Positions 26,770 through 35,636 of a DNA stretch of 64,000 nucleotides are shown piece by piece. Positions within the stretch are counted from its first letter, which is position 1; every line of letters starts with the position of its first letter. The translations under genes and the position numbers were made by a program. This DNA comes from an uncultured Acidimicrobiales bacterium. GTDB lineage: Bacteria; Actinomycetota; Acidimicrobiia; Acidimicrobiales; CAWCAL01. The stretch lies in the NCBI GenBank assembly GCA_963695075.1, contig CAVOFR010000005.1, positions 196,352-260,351 of the forward strand. Reading direction: 5' to 3'. The notes beneath the pieces were generated by a model, which worked only from the letters and a program-made list of their open reading frames with translations, was not told the origin of the DNA and did no database searches.

Positions 26770-26934
26770 TCAGCGCTCTTCTTTGAAGATGACGTGCTTG
26801 CGCACGACCGGGTCGTACTTCATGAGCTCGATCCGCTCGCGCGTGTTCCCCTTGTTCTTGCGGGACGTGTACGTGTAGCCGGTGCCGGCCGTCGAGCGCA
26901 GCTTGATGATGGGTCGCTTCGTGCTCTTGGCCAT
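26770..26934 (-). CDS. rpmG: 50S ribosomal protein L33 (Cys-less form)
   Basis: [54 protein letters not shown], 54 aa, with no CxxC pairs. ATGA overlap with the rpmB stop. Confidence 0.93.
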   Translation of the reverse strand: MAKSTKRPIIKLRSTAGTGYTYTSRKNKGNTRERIELMKYDPVVRKHVIFKEER

Positions 26935-27170
26935 CAGACCTTGACTCCTCGGCGGCGCATGTCGGCGACGACGCGCTCGATGCCGTGCTTGTTGATGGTC
27001 TTGATGCCCTTCGCGCTGACCGTCAAGCTGATCCAGCGCTTCTCGGAGGGCAGGTAGAACCGCTGCTTCTGGATGTTGGGGCTCCAACGCCGGCGGGTCT
27101 TGCGGTGGGAGTGGGACACGTTGTTCCCGAATGACGGCCGACGGCCCGTGACCTGGCAGACGTTCGACAT
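26934..27170 (-). CDS. rpmB: 50S ribosomal protein L28
   Basis: [65 protein letters not shown]..., 78 aa. Confidence 0.93.
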   Translation of the reverse strand: MSNVCQVTGRRPSFGNNVSHSHRKTRRRWSPNIQKQRFYLPSEKRWISLTVSAKGIKTINKHGIERVVADMRRRGVKV

Positions 27171-27399
27171 GAGCGGACTCTCTTCTCGGACTTCAGGGGC
27201 GCGCAGGCGCGCCCAGACAAGGGGGTAAGGATAGTGGTATCCGGCCCCCGGATTCCAACGTCGTCTCCGGACGGCTCCGGGAGAGGGCGGGCCCCGGCTC
27301 GCTTGCTGGTCTGCGCCAAACGCTCGCTCGTCCGGCACCCGCCCCCTCCCTCGCGGTCGGTGGGCCATCCGGGCATCGGGCGCCACGGAGAGTGAGGTG

Positions 27400-27457
27400 C
27401 AGCAAAACGGAGACTGGGAACGTCGAGGATTTTGTCCGCCGCATCCTCGGCGTTCCC
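27400..27457 (-). terminator. Intrinsic-terminator-like hairpin downstream of the ACAD-like gene
   Basis: GGGAACGTCGAGGAT (27416-27430) pairs with ATCCTCGGCGTTCCC (27443-27457). On the minus strand the hairpin is followed by AGTCTCCGTTTTGC. Confidence 0.5.
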
Positions 27458-27534
27458 AGTAGCTGAACCCTGGAAGGTTCCCGCTTTGACCGATTCTGGA
27501 TCGGTTCGGGCCGCCTGGCAATGGGTCGAACTAC

Positions 27535-28704
27535 TCAGATCAAGGCGCCGGGTGCTTCGAGGCCCAGCCTCAGCTTGCCCAGGATCTCCAGCCGGTCGTC
27601 GAGGTCGAAGACGACATGGCAGCACATCGTCGTGACGTCGCGCAGTGCCCGCTGCAGCGGCTCGGTCTCGAAATGGGCGCTCGCTCCACTGGCGTCGACC
27701 AGCAGGCGGATGACCTCCTTGGCCTCGTGAACCGTGTATGCGATGGCCGCCGCCCACTGCGCCCGATCGATCAGTCCGGCGCTGGAGCGGTGCTCGATGA
27801 CGTCGGCGACGGTGGCACGGATGCGGAGCTCGAGGCTGTCGACCATGAGCTCGGCTCGGGCCAGGCGGGCCTGCACGCTGGACCGTTCGGCGTGCGACGA
27901 GCGACTCAGGTACCGGAGTCGATCACGCATGCGCTGCTCGAAGCGGTCCAGCGCCCATCGCGCCTGACCCACCGCCGGGGCGGCGGCGGCCAACGCGAGG
28001 GCCGCCAGCAGGGGTGTCTGGAACGACGGGTCCTCGTGGTGGGCTGCTCCGGGGGCCACGCCCTCGGAGAGGTCGGCCATCGAGACCGTGCGAAGCGTCG
28101 GTACGAAGCGGTCGGTGATCGTGATGTCGTTGCTGCCCGTCGCCCGCATCCCGTCGGTGAACCAGGTGTCCTCGATCGTGACCTCGTCGACCGGAAGGGC
28201 GAACAGCCGTATGTCGACGCCGTCGTCGGACATGATGAGACAGCTCGTCATCACCCAATCGGCGTGCATCACACCGGTGCCCCACTGCCAACGACCGTTC
28301 AGTGTGTACCCACCGTCGACGGGCTCGGCCCTGCCGTTGGGAGCGATCGTCGCGGGCGCGAGCACGCACGGTCCGTCGGCGAACAACTCTTCCTGGAACG
28401 AACGGGGGAACTGGCAGAGGAGCCAGTTGTGCATGACGTAGAAGTTGGCGATCCATGCCATCGAGGCGTCGCCCCGGCCGAGTGCCATGCCGACCTCGAC
28501 CATCGAGTCCATATCGGCGCCCGCACCCCCCAGTGTCGTCGGGACGAGCATCGAGGCGATGCCGGATTCCCTCAGGGCGGCGATGACCCGATCGCTGGGC
28601 TTGCGGTCGCGTTCGGCCTGGGCGGCATCCTCGGCCAGCATCGGCGCGAGGTCTCGGGCGATGGCGACGAGCTCGGCGGAGCTGAGGTCCTGGTCAGGTG
28701 ACAT
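27535..28704 (-). CDS. Acyl-CoA dehydrogenase-fold protein (flavin-dependent monooxygenase-like, group D)
   Basis: 389 aa. Shows ACAD N-terminal, middle and C-terminal domain architecture, with GGYTLNGRWQWGTG typical of the HpaB/DszC-like subgroup. Confidence 0.7.
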   Translation of the reverse strand: MSPDQDLSSAELVAIARDLAPMLAEDAAQAERDRKPSDRVIAALRESGIASMLVPTTLGGAGADMDSMVEVGMALGRGDASMAWIANFYVMHNWLLCQFPRSFQEELFADGPCVLAPATIAPNGRAEPVDGGYTLNGRWQWGTGVMHADWVMTSCLIMSDDGVDIRLFALPVDEVTIEDTWFTDGMRATGSNDITITDRFVPTLRTVSMADLSEGVAPGAAHHEDPSFQTPLLAALALAAAAPAVGQARWALDRFEQRMRDRLRYLSRSSHAERSSVQARLARAELMVDSLELRIRATVADVIEHRSSAGLIDRAQWAAAIAYTVHEAKEVIRLLVDASGASAHFETEPLQRALRDVTTMCCHVVFDLDDRLEILGKLRLGLEAPGALI

Positions 28705-28714
28705 GCGCCGAATC

Positions 28715-30181
28715 CTAAGACGTCGCCTCGCCCGGGCTGAGCCGGAGCGTGACGGCCGGCGTCACCGGGAGGCGCTCCGGCATCGTGATGGTCAGGTGCC
28801 CGGAGCGGACCTCCCACTCGAGGTGGTCGGGGATGCCGAGCGCCCGGACCTCGTCCACGCCGGTCGCGTCGACTCCCCAGAGCTCGAAACGTCGTGTCGG
28901 TGGCGGCTCGAGGAGAATGGCGTAGAGCGCGTCGCCGCGCCGGGTGAATCGCACCTCGGTGCCCTGCGACGTCGTTCCTTCGGCCCGCAACCACGGCCGC
29001 GACCCGACGATGGCCTCCCCGTTGGCGTCCAGCCACTCGCCCAGGCCGAGGAGCGGGGCGGCTTGCCACTGGGGGATCGTCCCGTCGGGTTCGGGGCCGA
29101 CGCCGATCAGCAGATTGCCGTTCTTGCTGACGATGTCGACGAACGACCGGACCAGTTCGGCGGTGGTGAGGATGTCCTCGGGTCGTTCGGATCGGTTGGC
29201 CCCGAAGCTGTGGCCGACCCCACGGGTGGATTCCCACTTCTCCTGGGCGATGTCGCTCCGGACGGCGTACTCGGGTGTGGCGAAGTCGGAATGGCACCGC
29301 TGCTTGATGTCCAGGTCTTTCCAGGCCGGGGGCATGAAGCGCCACAGGCTCTGCACCGTGGCGCCGACGGCTCGAACTGCGGCCGCGACGACGGGACGGT
29401 CCGGTATGGAGGTCTGTGTCCAGCGGTCGTTGACGACCCCGTCCGGAACGGTGTTGTAGTAGTGGCTGAAGATCGAGCGGAGGTCGACGCCGGTGGGGCA
29501 CGCGATGTCGTTCCACAGCACCGACGGCTCGTAGCGGTCGATCAGCTGGCGCAGGTGTGCCTCGCAGTAGGCCGCGTACTCGGGGCTGCGGGGGACGGCG
29601 AGCAGCATGTCGGCCACGCCGCTGATCACGGTGTCGTTGAAAGGCCAGTCGAATCCACCCGAGTAGTACAGGCCCATTCGCATGCCGGCGGCACGCACCG
29701 ACCCGGTCAGATCGCCGACCAGGTCGCGCCGGGAGTGGTACGCGCCCTTGGCCGGGTGGGGGATGGAGGCCGGCCAGAGGCAGAACCCGTCATGGTGCTT
29801 GGTCGTGAGCACGACGTACCCGGCCCCTGCTCGTCGGCACAGATCGGCCAAGGCGTCCAGGTCGGCTTCCGCCGACGCATGGTCGAAGGGCTCGACGAAC
29901 CCGTCGTACGGGACGTGCGCTCCATAGGTGGCGGCGTGGTGTCGGGCGGTCGGGCTCCCCTCGATCTGCATCGTGTTCAGGTACCACTCGGCATAGGGGC
30001 TGTTCCGGAGGAGCCATGCCGGATCGTGCTCGCGGAGGATGGTCTTGATGTCGGGGACCTGAGGTGCCCATGCAGGCACGGAGTAGAGGCCCCAGTGCAG
30101 GAAGACGCCGAGCTTGACATCGTGGTACCAGTCGGGCACCGGGTGCGATCGCACCGAGTCCCACGTCGCCTCGTAGACCAC
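28715..30181 (-). CDS. Alpha-L-fucosidase (GH29)
   Basis: YEATWDSV...PDWYHDVKLGVFLHWGLYSVPAW...VVLTTKHHDGFCLWPS motifs. The start is uncertain: GTG at 30181 was chosen. The longer ORF (to 30292 or 30280) would overlap the divergent gene that starts at 30279. Confidence 0.82.
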   Translation of the reverse strand: MVYEATWDSVRSHPVPDWYHDVKLGVFLHWGLYSVPAWAPQVPDIKTILREHDPAWLLRNSPYAEWYLNTMQIEGSPTARHHAATYGAHVPYDGFVEPFDHASAEADLDALADLCRRAGAGYVVLTTKHHDGFCLWPASIPHPAKGAYHSRRDLVGDLTGSVRAAGMRMGLYYSGGFDWPFNDTVISGVADMLLAVPRSPEYAAYCEAHLRQLIDRYEPSVLWNDIACPTGVDLRSIFSHYYNTVPDGVVNDRWTQTSIPDRPVVAAAVRAVGATVQSLWRFMPPAWKDLDIKQRCHSDFATPEYAVRSDIAQEKWESTRGVGHSFGANRSERPEDILTTAELVRSFVDIVSKNGNLLIGVGPEPDGTIPQWQAAPLLGLGEWLDANGEAIVGSRPWLRAEGTTSQGTEVRFTRRGDALYAILLEPPPTRRFELWGVDATGVDEVRALGIPDHLEWEVRSGHLTITMPERLPVTPAVTLRLSPGEATS

Positions 30182-30278
30182 GGGTCGGAGGATAGTGCCG
30201 ATCCTGATGCCGTGTCCCCACGATCGGCCGGCTGGTAGCTTCGGCGGTCCACGCCATTGACAATCCAGGAGACCAGCC

Positions 30279-30803
30279 ATGCCCGTCGACACTTTCTTCG
30301 CCTTCAGCGCCGTCTACTCCGACGTCGAAGCGGCCGAGGCCGACTACGCCGCCGTAAAGGCGTTGCACGCCGACGCCGACCTCATCGACGCCTACGACGC
30401 GGCGGTCATCGAGCGTAAGGAGAACGGCAAGGTGAAGATCACCAAGAAGCACGAGACGCCGACCCGGGTGGGTGGCGTGTCCGGTGCCGGCGTCGGTCTC
30501 GCGACCGGCTTGGTTGTCGCGCTGTTTCCGGCGGCCGCGATCGGAACCGGTCTTCTGGCGGGAACGAGCGCGGCAGGAGCTGCACTCGGCGCGTGGGCCG
30601 GGCATGCGGCGGCCGGCATGAGCCGCAAGGATCTCAAGGAGATGGGAGAGTCCCTCGATGCGGGGACCGCCGGGCTCGTGGTGGTCGGTGTCTCCGACAT
30701 GGAGGCCAAGATCGACGAGGCCATGGCCCGAGCAGACAAGATCGAGAAGCGGCAGCTCGAGGCCGATCTGGATGAGCTCGAGAAGGACGCCGGCGATTCC
30801 TGA
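30279..30803 (+). CDS. DUF1269-like membrane protein (two soluble half-domains split by a glycine-zipper membrane segment)
   Basis: AGGAG SD. The N-half is FFAFSAVYSDVEAAEADYAAVKAL...IDAYDAAVIERKENGKVKI. The Gly/Ala-rich hydrophobic core is GVSGAGVGLATGLVVALFPAAAIGTGLLAGTSAAGAALGAWAG. The C-half is SRKDLKEMGESLDAGTAGLVVVGV. Confidence 0.7.
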   Translation: MPVDTFFAFSAVYSDVEAAEADYAAVKALHADADLIDAYDAAVIERKENGKVKITKKHETPTRVGGVSGAGVGLATGLVVALFPAAAIGTGLLAGTSAAGAALGAWAGHAAAGMSRKDLKEMGESLDAGTAGLVVVGVSDMEAKIDEAMARADKIEKRQLEADLDELEKDAGDS

Positions 30804-31097
30804 GCCGGCATGACCGACCGGGTCACCGCGCTCGACCGCCTCCTCCGGCTGGTCGAGTCAGTGCCCAGGTCGACGCTGCCATCCTGCTCGGCCGAGGTGT
30901 GGGCGGCTGACGCTGCGTGAGGTCGGGTCGCTGAGCTGGTCGAGGCAGGCCGTGATTGCGAGGACGAGCACGGCGTCCTGATCGGGCGAGACCGCCGCCT
31001 CCACTGCCGGCTTGCCCCGGGTATGATGCCGGTCCTACAGGTCGGAGCGCGCCGCGGAGCGACGATTCCGAGGAACGAAGCGAAACGAGGCGCATCA

Positions 31098-31538
31098 ATG
31101 ACCGATCGGGAGATTCACGGTCCCATCGACTTCATCCTGCTCGAGTTCCCCGCCGGTGCCGGCACAGGCGGGGTCGTCGACGCCCTCACCGACCTGCTCG
31201 ACCGAGGCGTGGTGGCCCTCTACGACATCATGGTCGTCTCCAAGGGTCAGGACGGATCCCACGCCAGGATCGATCTGACCGACGCCGCAGCCGATGGGTT
31301 CGGCGCCCTTGCCGGAGCCCAGTCCGGTCTGTTCGACGACACCGACCTCGACGAGGCGGCAGCGGCATTGGAGCCGAACACGGTTGCGCTGCTCATCGCC
31401 TACGAGAATCTCTGGGCGGTACCGTTCGTGACCGCCGCGGTCGAGGCCGGTGGTCAGGCGGTTGCCGGCGAGCGAATTCCCGCCCAGGTCCTGATCGATG
31501 CGCTCGACTCGACCGAGTCGGAATCTACGAAGGGATAG
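31098..31538 (+). CDS. DUF6325-like soluble protein, copy 1
   Basis: 146 aa: MTDREIHGPIDFILLEFPAG...ALYDIMVVSKGQDG...DDTDLDEAAAALEPNTVALLIAYENLWAVPF...GG..V...RIP. Paralogous to the genes at 38150 and 41928. Confidence 0.8.
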   Translation: MTDREIHGPIDFILLEFPAGAGTGGVVDALTDLLDRGVVALYDIMVVSKGQDGSHARIDLTDAAADGFGALAGAQSGLFDDTDLDEAAAALEPNTVALLIAYENLWAVPFVTAAVEAGGQAVAGERIPAQVLIDALDSTESESTKG

Positions 31539-31542
31539 AGGG

Positions 31543-31860
31543 ATGCCGGGACTACTCAGAGGTGTGGCACGTACCGCCGCCGTCGCCGGAACCGCGACGG
31601 CGGTGAGCGGCCGGGTGCAACGGAGGCAGGCCGAGCGATACGCCGGTCGCGATGCCCACATCTACGCCGAACGCGAGCAGGCCTATCAGCAGGAGACCGC
31701 GCCGGCACCGCAGTACGCCGCACCTCCGCCACCGGCGGCGGCGCCGACCGGTGACTCGTCGATGGTCGAGGAGCTGAAGCAGCTCGGCGAGCTTAAGGCG
31801 CAGGGAATCCTGACCGACGAAGAGTTCGCCGCGGCGAAGGCGAAGCTCCTCAACGGCTGA
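31543..31860 (+). CDS. Small protein with N-terminal RTAAVAGTATAVSGRVQRRQ motif and a C-terminal SHOCT domain, copy 1
   Basis: 105 aa, starting 4 nt after the preceding stop. P/A/Q-rich linker. C-terminus VEELKQLGELKAQGILTDEEFAAAKAKLLNG matches the SHOCT pattern. Confidence 0.8.
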   Translation: MPGLLRGVARTAAVAGTATAVSGRVQRRQAERYAGRDAHIYAEREQAYQQETAPAPQYAAPPPPAAAPTGDSSMVEELKQLGELKAQGILTDEEFAAAKAKLLNG

Positions 31861-31881
31861 CCCCCGGGACGGGTCCGCTCG

Positions 31882-33813
31882 ATGCGGCCGTCTCTCACCC
31901 GATTGGGACCGAGCTTGAAGGACACGACAGTTCAGTCCGAGCCGGGCGTGGGTCTGCGGCAGCGGATCCGTTATCGCTTCGACAACCTGCTCGCCCGCGG
32001 TACCTGGGCCGTTCTCCTCTGGCTCGGCGCGGTGACCCTGCTCGCGGTGATCATCAGCTCCGCTCTCCTCGCACTGTTCCAGGTCACGCTCTCGGGAAGT
32101 GCGGACAAGTCGTGGTTGGAGGACGCGTGGCAGAGCCTGCTGCGCATCCTGGATACCGGCACGATGGCGGCCGATGCCGGCTGGGGGCGGCGCATCCTCG
32201 CCCTGCTCGTCACGATCTTCGGGGTCCTCGTCGCGGGAACCCTGATCGGGCTCATCGCCAACGGGATCGAGGAACGGGTCGAGGCGATGCGTCGTGGCCG
32301 CAGCGCAGTTCTCGAGCAGGATCATGTGGTGATCCTGGGCGCATCCGAGCGGCTGCCCGCGGTCGTCGAGGAACTGGCGGTCGCGAGCGGATCGCAGCGG
32401 TCGTGCGTGGTGGTGCTGGCCGATCGACCCCCGACCGAGGTGAGCGAGGATCTCCACGCGAGGGCCGTCGATCTCGGTCAGCTCCGGTTGGTCTTCCGCT
32501 TCGGGGATCCGGATCGACGTTCGGACCTCGCGATGGTGCGCATCGAGAACGCACGCGCGGTGATCGTGCTCGCGCAAGAGGGCCGGGGCGACGCCGGGGT
32601 CATGAAGGCGGTGATGGCGGTCGGTGCCCAGCTCGGGACCTTCGACTCGGTGCCGATCGTCGCCGAGATCGACGATCCCTCGCTGGCCGAGCAGCTCGTC
32701 CGGGTCTCTGGCTCTGCGGTCCATCCCTTTGCCGTGGTGCAGAGCCTGGCCCGCATCACCGCCCTCGGGTTGTATCGGCCGGGGCTTCACCATGTGGTCG
32801 GTGACCTCGTCGACCTCACCGGCGCCGGGATCCACGTCTGGACCGTGGGTGACCTCGCTGGGCACACGTTCGGTGAGGCGGTCTTCCGCTTCGCTCGCGG
32901 CCGTCCCATCGGCCGGATCGCGTCGGACGGCGCACTCGAGCTGGCGCCGACCGGTGACACGAGACTCGAGCGTGAGGACCGACTCGTCATGGTGTCGCAC
33001 CGCGAACCGCCCGAAGTCGACTGGGGCGGTTCGGGGCGGCTCGAGCGGGACTCCTCGGCGGGTGCGTCGTCGCCGGAACGGAGGGAGGAGCACCTCCTGA
33101 TCGTCGGCTTGAATCCGCTCGCCGGTCAGCTGCTTGCGGAGCTGGATGCTTTCGCCGCACCGGGATCGACCGCCACCGTCGTCTACGACGAGACACTCGT
33201 CGCGGCCGATGGGGTGCAGCTACCGGTTCTGGAGCGGCTGAGCGTCGAGTTGACGCCGGCCCGCGCACCGGTCGTGCGGGTGGGCGACGGATCGTGGACC
33301 GAGCAGATCACCGCGATCGTGTTGCTCGGGTATCGAGACGTGATCTCGACCGACGAGGCCGACGCCCGCACCCTGCTGAATCTGATGTCGATTCGCCGCG
33401 AGATCCTCGCGGCGTCGGACCGGACTGACTGGCTGCCGCCCCGGCTGATCGTCGAGCTACTCGAGGCCGAGAGCCGAGACCTGGCTCCTGGCCTGGGGCC
33501 CGACGACTACGTCGTGACCGACGCGATCGCGAGTCGGATCGCGGTCCAGCTCGCCGGGCTTCCCGAACGACGCGCCGTCCTCCTGGGCCTCTACGCACCG
33601 GCCGCCCCGTCGATAGACCTCATCGAGCCGGCCGAACTCCAGCTGAGCGGCGAGGTCACCTTCGGAGACGTGGTGGTGGCCGCCGCGTCGTCGGGTCTGC
33701 TCGCCATCGGGTGGCGGGTGGGTGGGAAAACCGACCGGATCGTCGAGCTCGACCCGCACGTCTCCACCCACCATCGGTTAGAACCGTCCGACCGCATCGT
33801 CGTCATCGGCTAG
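31882..33813 (+). CDS. CASTOR/POLLUX-type putative ion channel with tandem RCK/TrkA-like domains
   Basis: N-terminal RIRYRFDNLLARGTWAVLLWL, pore-loop-like LRILDTGTMAADAGWG, then VVILGASERLP and LLIVGLNP Rossmann-like starts. 643 aa. Confidence 0.72.
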   Translation: MRPSLTRLGPSLKDTTVQSEPGVGLRQRIRYRFDNLLARGTWAVLLWLGAVTLLAVIISSALLALFQVTLSGSADKSWLEDAWQSLLRILDTGTMAADAGWGRRILALLVTIFGVLVAGTLIGLIANGIEERVEAMRRGRSAVLEQDHVVILGASERLPAVVEELAVASGSQRSCVVVLADRPPTEVSEDLHARAVDLGQLRLVFRFGDPDRRSDLAMVRIENARAVIVLAQEGRGDAGVMKAVMAVGAQLGTFDSVPIVAEIDDPSLAEQLVRVSGSAVHPFAVVQSLARITALGLYRPGLHHVVGDLVDLTGAGIHVWTVGDLAGHTFGEAVFRFARGRPIGRIASDGALELAPTGDTRLEREDRLVMVSHREPPEVDWGGSGRLERDSSAGASSPERREEHLLIVGLNPLAGQLLAELDAFAAPGSTATVVYDETLVAADGVQLPVLERLSVELTPARAPVVRVGDGSWTEQITAIVLLGYRDVISTDEADARTLLNLMSIRREILAASDRTDWLPPRLIVELLEAESRDLAPGLGPDDYVVTDAIASRIAVQLAGLPERRAVLLGLYAPAAPSIDLIEPAELQLSGEVTFGDVVVAAASSGLLAIGWRVGGKTDRIVELDPHVSTHHRLEPSDRIVVIG

Positions 33814-33857
33814 ATGACCTGGACGACGATGCGGTCGCCGGCGAAACCCGGGGTTGG

Positions 33858-34253
33858 TCAGATCTCGCTCAGGTCGCGGCCGTGGACGGTGAGGGCCCAG
33901 ATGATGGCGATGTTGAGGGCGATGAGCACGATGCTCCACCACGGGGAGTACGGCAGCCAGGCGAATGCGATGATGGCAGCTACGGAGGCCGCTACGACGC
34001 CGACGGTGCGGGCCAGGACATTGCCACTGAAGATCCCGAAGCCCGAGGCCAACACGATGAGACCCCAGATCAGATGGATCCAGCCCCAGGTGGTGGTGTC
34101 GAACTTGAAGATGTAGTCCTGGCCGACCACCAGGAACTCGTCGTCGACGATGGCGACCAGGCCGGCGATGGCCTGGAACACTCCGCCGATGACCAGCATG
34201 ATGCCGGCGAACGCGGCGTAGCCGGCGGCCCAGGGACTCGGTTGTTCTGACAT
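33858..34253 (-). CDS. Small integral membrane protein (DUF7144-like, 4 TM)
   Basis: 131 aa: GYAAFAGIMLVIGGVFQAIAGLVAIVDDEF...TTTWGWIHLIWGLIVLASGFGIF...ARTVGVVAASVAAI...PWWSIVLIALNIAIIWAL. Confidence 0.7.
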   Translation of the reverse strand: MSEQPSPWAAGYAAFAGIMLVIGGVFQAIAGLVAIVDDEFLVVGQDYIFKFDTTTWGWIHLIWGLIVLASGFGIFSGNVLARTVGVVAASVAAIIAFAWLPYSPWWSIVLIALNIAIIWALTVHGRDLSEI

Positions 34254-34391
34254 GGGATTGACCCTCCTCGGCAGACGCGCGTGGTTCTGCCCGGTGTGTG
34301 GATGTGCGGATAACGGCTTCGTGTCGACCCAACCCTAACCCGGGCGGATCGTCCGGGTCATCGACCACTACGGGTGAATGGACGACGGCGG

Positions 34392-35636
34392 TCAGCGCTG
34401 GTGGCAGTGCTTGGCCTTGCGACCGCTGCCGCACGGGCACGGCTCGTTGCGACCCGCGGTGGCCCACAGCTCCATGATCTCGTCGGCGTGGCCGCCACGG
34501 CGGAGCCGTTCGGCCATCAGGCGCATGGGGCCGTCGATGTGATTGAAGAACGCCCGGTACCCGGCGCAGAGGTAGTTGAGCCCCGGCTCGCCGTCGGGGG
34601 TGAGGGTGAACCGATTCTTGGGGCATTCACCGTTGCACGCGAACCGGACCTCGCAGGAGCGGCAGTAGGTGGGCAGGGTGTCGGCCTTGGCATTGCCGAA
34701 CGCCCGTTGCTCGGGCGATGTGACGAGCTCGACCATCGTGGTCGTCGTGATGTTGCCGAGGAGGTGGGCGGGTTCCACGAAGTGATCGCAGGAGTAGAGG
34801 TCGCCGTTGTGCTCCAGGGCGACGGCGTCGCCGCAGGTCTCACGGAAGATGCACAGCGACGACGGCAGGTCCAGCCACGACGCCAATGCCGCGTCGAACA
34901 TCTGGACGAAGACCTCTCCGATGTCGCGCCGGACCCACTCGTCGAAGACCGCGATGAGGAAGTCGCCCCAGGCGGACGGGTCGACCGAGCGGTCCGTTAC
35001 CGAGTCGCCTTCCTGGAATCCGGTGTCGTTGTCGCGCTCGACGATGGGAATGAGCTGCACATGGCGGAAGCCCAGTTCGTCTCTGAAGTATCGGTACACC
35101 TCGAGGGGCTGGTGCTGGTTCGCGGAGTTGACCGTGCACAGCACGTTGGTCTCGACTCCGTGCCGTCGGAGGAGGTCGAGCCCGGCCAGGACCTTGGTCG
35201 ACGACCCGGCCCCGCGCTTGTCGACGCGGAAGCGATCGTGCAGCTCGGGCGGACCGTCGATGCTTATACCGACCAGGAAGCGGTGCTCGGCCAGCAGGAC
35301 GCACCAGTCATCGGTCAGGAGCGTGCCGTTGGTCTGGATCGTGTGTTGGAGGTGTTGGTCAGGTCTACGGTGCCGTTCGGCCAGGTGGACGGCACGGCGG
35401 AAGAAGTCGACGCCCATGAGCGTCGGCTCGCCGCCCTGCCAGGCGATCGTCACCTCGCCGTCGGGGTGGGACTCCAACAGCTGACGGATGTAGCTCTCGA
35501 GCAGGTCATCGGCCATGCGGAACCGATCGCCCGGGTACAACGCTTCCTTCGAGAGGAAGAAGCAGTACTCACAATCCAGGTTGCAGATCGGACCCGTCGG
35601 CTTGGCCAGCACGTGGAACGAGGTCGGTGTCGGCAT
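34392..35636 (-). CDS. Anaerobic sulfatase-maturating enzyme (radical SAM / SPASM) with a C-terminal SEC-C motif
   Basis: CNLDCEYCFF radical-SAM cluster motif and downstream Cys clusters (CRSCEVRFACNGECPK). The C-terminus EPCPCGSGRKAKHCH is a SEC-C motif. ATG at 35636 follows GAGAGG. Confidence 0.85.
   Translation of the reverse strand: MPTPTSFHVLAKPTGPICNLDCEYCFFLSKEALYPGDRFRMADDLLESYIRQLLESHPDGEVTIAWQGGEPTLMGVDFFRRAVHLAERHRRPDQHLQHTIQTNGTLLTDDWCVLLAEHRFLVGISIDGPPELHDRFRVDKRGAGSSTKVLAGLDLLRRHGVETNVLCTVNSANQHQPLEVYRYFRDELGFRHVQLIPIVERDNDTGFQEGDSVTDRSVDPSAWGDFLIAVFDEWVRRDIGEVFVQMFDAALASWLDLPSSLCIFRETCGDAVALEHNGDLYSCDHFVEPAHLLGNITTTTMVELVTSPEQRAFGNAKADTLPTYCRSCEVRFACNGECPKNRFTLTPDGEPGLNYLCAGYRAFFNHIDGPMRLMAERLRRGGHADEIMELWATAGRNEPCPCGSGRKAKHCHQR

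Noticed and set aside
27171-27400. Zur box or zinc regulation upstream of rpmB-rpmG (L33 here lacks CxxC pairs)
   Set aside because: I found no AT-rich TGAAAA...TTTTCA-type palindrome in the 5' region. There is only a GC palindrome (GGGCGCGC-AG-GCGCGCCC, ~27198-27215) and a weak TTGGAA/TATCCT pair with a 19-nt spacer. I also cannot tell from this window whether a Cys-containing paralog exists elsewhere.
30809-30919. 36-codon ORF (MTDRVTALDRLLRLVESVPRSTLPSCSAEVWAADAA) between the DUF1269 gene and module copy 1, and a TATGAT -10-like hexamer at 31022-31027
   Set aside because: The ORF has no SD and no recognisable motif. The -10-like hexamer has no acceptable -35 at a 16-19 nt spacing, so the evidence is too weak to report as a feature.
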